Shown here: positions 56,635 to 64,000 of the stretch, in pieces
Layout: every line of letters starts with the position of its first letter
Position numbering within the stretch: the stretch's first letter is position 1
NCBI GenBank assembly: GCA_039927695.1
Contig: JBDSUM010000017.1
Span: forward strand, 1,631-65,630
Direction: 5' to 3'
DNA: 64,000 bases
Source: Minisyncoccota bacterium
GTDB taxonomy: Bacteria; Patescibacteriota; Minisyncoccia; Phycocordibacterales; Phycocordibacteraceae
Notes under the pieces: model-generated
Seen by the model: only the letters and a program-made list of their open reading frames with translations
Told to the model about the DNA's origin: nothing
Databases searched by the model: none
Program-made: the position numbers and the translations under genes

Positions 56635-58143
56635 TTAGCGAGCAAACTCAACAACACGATTCTCGCGGATAACGTTTACCTTAATCTCTCCTGGATAACG
56701 AAGTTCTTCTTGCACGCGTGTCGCAATCTTTCGTGCGAGCGTATGTGTTTCAAGGTCAGAAACCTTTCCTGGATTCACAAAGATACGTATTTCACGGCCT
56801 GCTTGAATAGCGTATGCCTTCTCAACACCAGGGAAGCTCGTTGCAACACGTTCAAGGTCAATAAGGCGCTCCAAATAGCGCTCTACCGTGTCACGACGCG
56901 CTCCAGGGCGCCCACCACTGACGGCGTCTGCAACTTGTACGATGACGCTCTCAGGTGTTTCGTAAGGGTGCTCTTCATGATGAGACTGCATCGCTTGAAT
57001 AACGCGCTTATCGATACCGTATTTCTCGAGGATGCGGCGGCCAATCTCAACGTGCGTGCCCTGTACTTCATGATCAACAGCTTTGCCGATGTCATGTAAG
57101 AGGGCGCCTGCGCGAGCAATATCGGGATCTGCGCCAAGTTCTTCTGCGAGCATGCCGGCAATATGTGCCATTTCGATAGAGTGGGTGAGTACATTCTGGC
57201 CATAGCTGGTACGGAAGTAGAGTCGGCCAAGAAGGGTGGTGAGCTTTGGATCAAGTCCAACAACACCTGCTTCATATGCTGCCTCTTCACCCTTTTGTTT
57301 CATGAGTGATTCAACTTCGCTACGAGTCTTCTGAACAGTTTCTTCAATCTTTGCGGGCTGAATACGGCCGTCCTCGAGTAACTTCTCGAGTGTGATCTTG
57401 GCGATATGGCGACGAAGCGGATCAAATGACGAAAGGGTAATGGAGTCAGGAGTGTCGTCGATGATAACGTCCACGCCAGTAGCGCGTTCAAATGCTTTAA
57501 TGTTGCGACCTTCTTTTCCGATAACCTTTCCTTTTATCTCTTCTGATGGAATAGAAACCGTAAGTGACATAACTTCTGCATTCACAGGATTTGCGAGACG
57601 GTGAATAGTGGAGAGTAGGATGCCGCGCGCCTTTTCTTCTAGTTGTTTGCGGCCATGAGCTTCGAGCTTCTGAATGCGCCCAAGAAGTGCGCTTTCCTGA
57701 GTCTTTTCAATGTCGCGAATAAGACTCGCACGCGCTTCGTCCTCAGAGAAGTTCGCAATACGTGCAAGTTCAGCTTGGCGTTCCTTTAATACACCTTCAG
57801 CTTCAGTGCGAAGGTTGGTAGAAAGCTCCTCACGCTTTGCAAGAGCCTGCTCGCGTTCATCAAGAAACTCCTCACGCTTCATAAGGCGTGCACTAAAGCG
57901 GTCAACTTTCTGCTCGCGTTCCTGAATAGGAGCCGCGCGCGTCATTTCAACTTCTTCAGCACGTTCCTCTGCCTCTTTAACGATACGGCTAGCACGCTCC
58001 TTTGCTTCAAGGAGACGTTGTTTCACTTCTATTTCAAGCGATCCTCGCTGACCGAGCGCTATGAGAAGGCGCAGGATATAACCCAGCGCGATACCTGCGA
58101 GGCCCGAGAGCGCAAGCAGGATCAAGACTAATTTTATAGACAT
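56635..58143 (-). CDS. rny: Ribonuclease Y
   Basis: TM, coiled coil, KH (KGKVIGKEGRNI), HD (LLHDIGK), YAIQAGREIR. Confidence 0.96.
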   Translation of the reverse strand: MSIKLVLILLALSGLAGIALGYILRLLIALGQRGSLEIEVKQRLLEAKERASRIVKEAEERAEEVEMTRAAPIQEREQKVDRFSARLMKREEFLDEREQALAKREELSTNLRTEAEGVLKERQAELARIANFSEDEARASLIRDIEKTQESALLGRIQKLEAHGRKQLEEKARGILLSTIHRLANPVNAEVMSLTVSIPSEEIKGKVIGKEGRNIKAFERATGVDVIIDDTPDSITLSSFDPLRRHIAKITLEKLLEDGRIQPAKIEETVQKTRSEVESLMKQKGEEAAYEAGVVGLDPKLTTLLGRLYFRTSYGQNVLTHSIEMAHIAGMLAEELGADPDIARAGALLHDIGKAVDHEVQGTHVEIGRRILEKYGIDKRVIQAMQSHHEEHPYETPESVIVQVADAVSGGRPGARRDTVERYLERLIDLERVATSFPGVEKAYAIQAGREIRIFVNPGKVSDLETHTLARKIATRVQEELRYPGEIKVNVIRENRVVEFAR

Positions 58144-58270
58144 ATAAATACTAACGGTTTCAAATCCTCATGCCCCGACCGAGAACCGTCTTCAAAAGTG
58201 GCCGGAATATGAGGCTAATGGCAAATAATGGGTGCACGAAGAACTAGCGCACCGTACCATATTTGCTGGC

Positions 58271-58873
58271 TTATTTATAGACTACGTCTACGATGCCGTA
58301 TTTCTTTGCTTCTTCTGCCGTGAGGAAGAAATCACGGTCTACGTCGCTCTGAATCTTCTCGAGTTTCTGGCCGGTTGTCTTTGCGAGAATCTTATTCAAA
58401 CGGTCACGAAGCGAAAGGATGCGGCGCGCACTAATTTCAATGTCTGCAGCCTGTCCTTCAGCACCACCGTGTGGCTGATGGATCATGATGTCTGCGTTTG
58501 GAAGTGCAAAGCGCTTTCCTTTAGCGCCCGACGCAAGAATGATTGATCCCATAGAAGCAGCCATACCTACGGCAACTGTCGCAACGTCTGGCTTAATGTG
58601 GTTCATCGCGTCAACGATAGCGAGGCCTGAGTGCACATGACCGCCAGGACTGTTCACATAGAGGTAAATATCTTTCTTTGGATCTTCTGACTCGAGGAAA
58701 AGAAGCTGAGAAATAATAAGGTTCGCTACATCGTCGTCGATACCACCACCAAGGAAAATGATTCGATCTTTAAGAAGGCGAGAATAAATATCATAGCCAC
58801 GCTCACCAAACTGTGACTTCTCGATCACCATTGGCACGAGCATATTGGAACGGGGGAAAAGATTCTGTTTCAT
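58271..58873 (-). CDS. clpP: ATP-dependent Clp protease proteolytic subunit
   Basis: [31 protein letters not shown]. Confidence 0.97.
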   Translation of the reverse strand: MKQNLFPRSNMLVPMVIEKSQFGERGYDIYSRLLKDRIIFLGGGIDDDVANLIISQLLFLESEDPKKDIYLYVNSPGGHVHSGLAIVDAMNHIKPDVATVAVGMAASMGSIILASGAKGKRFALPNADIMIHQPHGGAEGQAADIEISARRILSLRDRLNKILAKTTGQKLEKIQSDVDRDFFLTAEEAKKYGIVDVVYK

Positions 58874-58933
58874 ATATAAAAGGTTAGTTTATTAATGGTA
58901 TCAAACTACGTTTAGTGTGGCGAATGTGGAGAT

Positions 58934-59626
58934 TTAGAGCAAAGCTGCAATCGTTGCAAAACGCCCTTCTGCTTCACCAGACCTAATCGCGCGGTAGTGC
59001 GAAAAATATTCATTTGAAGTTGCGGTATCGATTGGAGATATATGAATGTTCTTAGGGAGAATGCCTTTACCGAGAAGCTGTTCTTCAATGTGTCCAATCA
59101 AGTCGATATGAGTCTCACCAGATTCCGAGATTGTTAAGAACTGCGACCACCCGGAAAGATTTCTGTGGGGAGGATTCTCAAAAAGGTATGACTCTTTATG
59201 TATGCCTGGGCCTAAAAATACTTGAATGTCTTCAACACTTGATTCATACACTTCCCGCATCTCTGCAATGACTTTTTTAGCCAGCTGCTTATCGATCGGC
59301 TTCCAACCAAGATGAGCAAGACCAACCACTTCTTTTAGTGGATCATAGAAAACTACAGGGAAGCAGTCTGCAGTGAGGAGAAAAAGAAGTACGTTCTTGT
59401 CGTTCGTAATAAACGCTTCAGTGATAATTGTCTTTCCAATATCAGTTTTCGTCACATGAGTTATGTTGTCTCCATGTTCAACTTCCATAGACACACAATT
59501 TGCGAGAGACATACTGAATCTATCTAAAAACGCGATGCGGTTCGCGAGCACTTCCTTAGATGCTCCCCACTTGAAACCGAGATTGCCGTCTTTTATTGTT
59601 GAGGTCTCATGGAAGAGTTGTGACAT
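58934..59626 (-). CDS. YfiH/PgeF-like (laccase domain) protein
   Basis: LTADCFPV, AHLGWK, LGPGI, YFSHYR. Confidence 0.88.
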   Translation of the reverse strand: MSQLFHETSTIKDGNLGFKWGASKEVLANRIAFLDRFSMSLANCVSMEVEHGDNITHVTKTDIGKTIITEAFITNDKNVLLFLLTADCFPVVFYDPLKEVVGLAHLGWKPIDKQLAKKVIAEMREVYESSVEDIQVFLGPGIHKESYLFENPPHRNLSGWSQFLTISESGETHIDLIGHIEEQLLGKGILPKNIHISPIDTATSNEYFSHYRAIRSGEAEGRFATIAALL

Positions 59627-59707
59627 TTTCCAATTCTAACAAACGACAGCGGGCGCTTTGACAAAACAATATATTTATTCTATTTTCCAGTTAGAGGAGG
59701 AAGCGTA

Positions 59708-60064
59708 ATGATATACAAACAGAACGTTCAGATGCTATGCGATATCTGCGGTCTGCAAAATCCCATAGATGACCGCGACCTTAAGATCTGGTGCCTCATT
59801 TTCCGCGGGAAAAGCGGAGAAGACTACCGTAGTTCATTCGTGGTCAAAGCCACTACGATGAACAATGCAGGCAGGCTCTATGTTGAAGTACTCGCCTCAG
59901 GATCATCAGTGATCTCGATAAATGAGAGCGTTCGCTCAACAACGGCTTTGTTCTTCACATCGCAATTGTGGGACGATTGCTCTCCCGAGAAACGAACCCT
60001 GGTTTACGGGTTCAAGACATACCACATGGTACAAGTTTTCTATCGAAAACCTGCCCGACGTTAA
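59708..60064 (+). CDS. Hypothetical protein
   Basis: TTGACA promoter and GAGGAGG SD; N-terminal CxxC. Confidence 0.55.
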   Translation: MIYKQNVQMLCDICGLQNPIDDRDLKIWCLIFRGKSGEDYRSSFVVKATTMNNAGRLYVEVLASGSSVISINESVRSTTALFFTSQLWDDCSPEKRTLVYGFKTYHMVQVFYRKPARR

Positions 60065-60104
60065 AGCGCTGTAGTGACACAGTGCTTTTTTCTTTGGTTT
60101 GTTT

Positions 60105-60281
60105 TTATACAGACGATGAGTCGGTCGTGGGAGTTGGCGCGATACGTTCAGTAAAAGCGTAGCATGCACCCGAGACAACGATACCGAGTATAAGTAGGGT
60201 TGCTATGATAACGCCCCAGGGTGTCTCGACTTTCTTTGTCGTTGGCGTAATTGGGTTTGAAGGAGTGGTTTCGATATCCAT
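60105..60281 (-). CDS. Small single-TM protein (58 aa), not in the ORF track
   Basis: MDIETTPSNP..PWGVIIATLLILGIVVSGACYAF.. Confidence 0.55.
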   Translation of the reverse strand: MDIETTPSNPITPTTKKVETPWGVIIATLLILGIVVSGACYAFTERIAPTPTTDSSSV

Positions 60282-60377
60282 ATCTATCTTTACTATACTA
60301 GTCGTGTGACTTTCATGAAACTTACAGTGTGTTCCACGCAGAGCATGACAGGTACTTAGAATATTGACTTAAGTAGC

Positions 60378-60415
60378 GAAAAGACCCCGAAGACGTAGTC
60401 TTCGGGGTCTTTTCG
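60378..60415. terminator. Intrinsic terminator downstream of ppa
   Basis: GAAAAGACCCCGAAGAC-gta-GTCTTCGGGGTCTTTTC. Confidence 0.75.
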
Positions 60416-60469
60416 ACTGACTCCATCAGAACTTTAGAAGTTCTTCAGTTTTATTTCACTTCTCCGGCG

Positions 60470-60988
60470 CTACTTTGCGTCAGAATATAGTTTCACGGAA
60501 CGAGCAAAGGCTTCCTTCGCCGCCGCCGCATCCTCAAACTCTCCCACCTCGACAACTTTCTTCTGTAATTGCTTATACGTTGCAAAGAAGTGTGCGATCT
60601 CCTTAAGCATGTGCGGATTTACGTCCTTTATGTCCTTTACGTCATCAAAGCGCGGATCACCGACGGGTACTGCAATAACCTTCTCGTCAGCTTCGCCACC
60701 GTCTATCATGTGCATGATTCCTACAGGACGAGCTTGAAGAAGAATCCCGGGGAAGAGCGCTGCGGTCGTAAGCACGACGACATCGAGCGCATCTCCATCG
60801 TCCCAAAGAGTCTGTGGAACAAACCCGTAGTCGAATGGATATGCTTGCGCTGTGTGATTTACACGATCAAGCGCAATAATGCCAGTCTCTTTGTCTATCT
60901 CGTACTTATTCTGGGAACCTCGAGGGATTTCGATAATGACATTTATTTCGTCAGCAGAACCTGGAGCAATATCGTGAAGTAAGTTCAT
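60470..60988 (-). CDS. ppa: Inorganic pyrophosphatase (family I)
   Basis: IEIPRGSQNKYE, YGFVPQT, DGDALDV, DEKVIAV. Confidence 0.96.
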   Translation of the reverse strand: MNLLHDIAPGSADEINVIIEIPRGSQNKYEIDKETGIIALDRVNHTAQAYPFDYGFVPQTLWDDGDALDVVVLTTAALFPGILLQARPVGIMHMIDGGEADEKVIAVPVGDPRFDDVKDIKDVNPHMLKEIAHFFATYKQLQKKVVEVGEFEDAAAAKEAFARSVKLYSDAK

Positions 60989-61005
60989 ACAGATTCGAGT
61001 TATGA

Positions 61006-62454
61006 CTAATCTTTAATAGTCGCGCCTGATCCATCGCGAGATTCCTCAGAGTCTGAGACAGATCCGTTGTCGGTGAAACCAGTTTCTTCTTCCATGCTAA
61101 GTTCACCGGTAGCTTCGTCGGCAGCGTCAGGAATGATGACTGATTCAGTTCCAACGGTATCAGCATCTGCAACGGTATCGCTGTCAGGATCTGCCATCGC
61201 TTCCTGCATCTCGCTTGCCCCTTCTGTAGCCTTCTCGTCGAGGGTTGCTTCTGAAGGAGTTTGATCAGGACGGAGTGAAACATCAGCATCTGCTTCTGCA
61301 ACAGATTCACCACCAACCGACATGATGTCGATATTCCAGCCAGTGAGCTTTGCTGCAAGACGCACGTTCTGTCCGCCACGTCCGATTGCGAGTGACTGCT
61401 GGTCTTCGCTCACGGTTACGGTTGCGCGATGATCTGCTTCGTCGAGAATTACCTCGATAACAGTCGCTGGATTAAGTGATTCCTTAATGTACGCAACCAT
61501 GTCTTCTGACCATTCGATGATGTCGATGCGCTCGCCACCGAGTGCACCCATGACCGTCGATACGCGTACACCACGCTGACCAACGAGTGCTCCAACAGGA
61601 TCAACGTGTGGATCAGTTGATGTGATTGCAATCTTTGTGCGAGAGCCTGCTTCGCGAGCAAGACCCTTCACTTCAAGAGAACCGTTCGCAAGTTCCGGTA
61701 CCTCAGCTTCGAAGAGCTTGATTAGGAACTTAGGATGTGAACGCGAGAGGCGAAGATACACACCACGGAATCCTTCGTCTACCGTATAGAGGAAGGCACG
61801 AATGCGCTCTCCTGGACGGAAGCGTTCGCCAGGAATCTGTTCTTCGTACGGGATGATACCAGTTGCACGACCAAGGTCGACAAAGATAGCGCCGCGCTCA
61901 ACGCGCTGTACGATACCAGAAACAATCTCACCCTTCTTGTGTCCGAACTCATCGAGAATCGAGAGCTTCTCAGCTTCACGAATCTTTTGAATAACTACCT
62001 GCTTTGCAGTCTGCGCAGCGATGCGACCGAAGTCGTCCTGTGGCTCAAGAGGGAAGATAAGTTCACCGCCAAGTGTCGCTGCGCGCATGATGCGCTTAGC
62101 GTCTTCAAGGAGAATGTGCTTCTCTGCATCAAAGCGAGGAAGTTCACCTTCAGGTGTGTCGTCATGCTCATGACCAAAACGGTCGTGGTGTTCTGCAGCG
62201 GCAGCAAGTTCCTCTACTTCCTCAGGATCGGGGAAGCGCACCATCGTGTCGTCCACGATAGTTTTTACTTGTTCAAAAGTTACACCACCTGAGTTCATGT
62301 CGAGCTTGGCACGCACGACCTGGCCGCGCTTTCCGTACTCTTTCTTGTAAGCCGTAGCCATTGCTGACTCGATGGCTTCCATCATGGTGTCGCGGCTAAT
62401 ACCGCGGTCTTCGAACTCTCCAAGCACTGAATGTATCGTTTTTAGGTCCAACAT
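61006..62454 (-). CDS. nusA: Transcription factor NusA with acidic C-terminal tail
   Basis: FGRIAAQTAKQV, S1 and KH domains, AIGRGGQNVRLAAKLTGW. Confidence 0.96.
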   Translation of the reverse strand: MLDLKTIHSVLGEFEDRGISRDTMMEAIESAMATAYKKEYGKRGQVVRAKLDMNSGGVTFEQVKTIVDDTMVRFPDPEEVEELAAAAEHHDRFGHEHDDTPEGELPRFDAEKHILLEDAKRIMRAATLGGELIFPLEPQDDFGRIAAQTAKQVVIQKIREAEKLSILDEFGHKKGEIVSGIVQRVERGAIFVDLGRATGIIPYEEQIPGERFRPGERIRAFLYTVDEGFRGVYLRLSRSHPKFLIKLFEAEVPELANGSLEVKGLAREAGSRTKIAITSTDPHVDPVGALVGQRGVRVSTVMGALGGERIDIIEWSEDMVAYIKESLNPATVIEVILDEADHRATVTVSEDQQSLAIGRGGQNVRLAAKLTGWNIDIMSVGGESVAEADADVSLRPDQTPSEATLDEKATEGASEMQEAMADPDSDTVADADTVGTESVIIPDAADEATGELSMEEETGFTDNGSVSDSEESRDGSGATIKD

Positions 62455-62765
62455 ATTCTTCAATATTTAATTGTTCGCACGCAAATAATTCAATTGTCGG
62501 TTTTATCCAGGACCAACTGGAAAAAAGAAAGGCCCGCGGGGGCGGACATCTCAGACCTTCAAAACATACCATATATAGGTATAGGCGGTCAATTAGGCAA
62601 TTAGTATGGGGATATGTCCAAATATAAGTAATATATTGACAACATGCATACATCTGTATTATAATGTTTGTGTCGGAAACTATATTGGTATTACCCTAGG
62701 GGTGGTCGGTATGGCGTCTGGCACGATCGAACGAACGTTGAAAAACAAGATAGAAGGAAAGACAG

Positions 62766-63881
62766 ATGCGACAGTACGCACTACTAAGCCTCGCACTTTG
62801 CGCGGGAGCCTGCTCGTCAAGCGTGGCGCAGCAGGCAGTTACTGTGCCAATTTCCGAGCCGTGCTACACGGTTCACGAGGGTAATACTCTCTGGGGAATT
62901 GCCGGTGACGAGCTGAAGGATCCGCGCGCATGGCCGTGGATCTATGACCACAATCCCGACCTTCATAAACCGGGGGTCCGGAGGGATTATCCCGATGGCT
63001 GGACCACCGTCATGATTCATGCCGGCGACCGGCTATGCGGGTTCGACAAGTTCGGCAATCTCACGATGCTGACACCAGTCGCGACCGCAACGCCCAGCAA
63101 CTTGGAGCCGGTCTTCGCGACCAATACGTTCCACTACTCGAACGAAGGAAAGTGGTGGTGGACGCCGTGGTGGTTGCTGCTCATTCCGTTCGGCCTATTC
63201 CTCTGGTGGCTCTGGGAAGAGCTAAAGAAGGATCCGGTGCGCTCGCGCGCTCCGCAGAGGCCGGGAGGCGTCAATACCGCTGAACAGATTCACCAAGCTC
63301 TCGCTGAACAAGTCGCGTACCAACGCGTCGACATCATCGAGATCGTGGCTGGCCGCGGTTATGGCATTGCCGGCGTGCGGTACGCAGGCAATGTGGTTCG
63401 TCCGCGCAATCTGACCGGCGAAAGTGGTCAAGGCGAACGGATGTATCGCGCGACAGTTCGTCGTGAAGATGGCTCGCTCGACGAGCTCTACACGATTATG
63501 GCGTGCGGAAACGATATCCGGTACGACGGCCTCGGCAGTCGAATCCCGGGTCGTGGCTTCAATTTCGTCGCTGACGAGGTAGTCGCTCAAGAGCCTGCTC
63601 CGGCCGCAACGCCTGAGCCGGCACCTGCACCTATCGAAACGCCTGAGTTGGTTCTCGAACCGACCGCGGCAATCGAACCTATCGCTGAACCTGCGCCTCC
63701 CGAGGCAACGGTCGACGACGGAAGGGTGCTGATCGAACTGAAGCGTGCAGCGGGTAATTTGCCCAGCATGCTTCGTCTCAAAGGTATCGATGTGAACGAC
63801 GTTTCGCTCACCATCGCTGATCGCGAGACAACGATTCGTTTTACGGAAACGCCACCTCGGCCGACCCGTAAGGCGAAATGA
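62766..63881 (+). CDS. LysM-domain exported/membrane protein
   Basis: Signal/lipobox-like N-terminus, YTVHEGNTLWGIA..WPWIY..N LysM, Trp-rich TM, Pro/Glu linker; GC-rich. Confidence 0.75.
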   Translation: MRQYALLSLALCAGACSSSVAQQAVTVPISEPCYTVHEGNTLWGIAGDELKDPRAWPWIYDHNPDLHKPGVRRDYPDGWTTVMIHAGDRLCGFDKFGNLTMLTPVATATPSNLEPVFATNTFHYSNEGKWWWTPWWLLLIPFGLFLWWLWEELKKDPVRSRAPQRPGGVNTAEQIHQALAEQVAYQRVDIIEIVAGRGYGIAGVRYAGNVVRPRNLTGESGQGERMYRATVRREDGSLDELYTIMACGNDIRYDGLGSRIPGRGFNFVADEVVAQEPAPAATPEPAPAPIETPELVLEPTAAIEPIAEPAPPEATVDDGRVLIELKRAAGNLPSMLRLKGIDVNDVSLTIADRETTIRFTETPPRPTRKAK

Positions 63882-64000
63882 TCCTTCGAGGGCGCGAGCT
63901 TGCTCGCGTCCTCACTGGCCCTACGAAATTCGTGGGGCTATTTTTGTATCTACTTACGTGCGCTTTTCTTTTCCCCTACACCCTCACAATATTTAATACC

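Noticed and set aside
1-64000. Alternative genetic code (UGA=Gly, as in Gracilibacteria)
   Set aside because: Conserved genes are full-length under code 11, and some (e.g. comM, SPFH) end in TGA

Overview
Chromosomal origin region of a small-genome Patescibacteria (CPR, Parcubacteria-like) bacterium. The taxon is inferred from gene content, and the standard code is used (TGA = stop). Core content: dnaA-oriC-dnaN divergent from rpmH-rnpA-yidC, yebC-ruvC, a class A PBP, a ~14 kb T4SS-like membrane locus (VirB4, PrgI/VirB3-, VirB6- and VirB2-like), rsmA, pcrA, comM, rpsO, a Xer recombinase, xth, CCA-adding enzyme, rarA, HU, rny, clpP, ppa, nusA and four tRNAs. The most unusual signal is at 0.66-3.64 kb: six direct copies of a ~33-bp site (consensus TTGCTGGCAGAGTGGGACRAYGTTGGAACYTTT) separate 350-780 bp segments, most holding one orphan gene with its own expression signals. 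This looks like an integron-like cassette array that uses neither attC nor CRISPR repeats. Other highlights: a serine-recombinase island at tRNA-Pro with a c4/P4-CI-like antisense RNA module, a ~280-nt pseudoknotted intergenic RNA candidate beside a parS cluster, variant TTATCCCCA DnaA boxes, and leaderless core genes versus Shine-Dalgarno-led orphan genes. All calls come from reading the sequence by eye; no searches were run.
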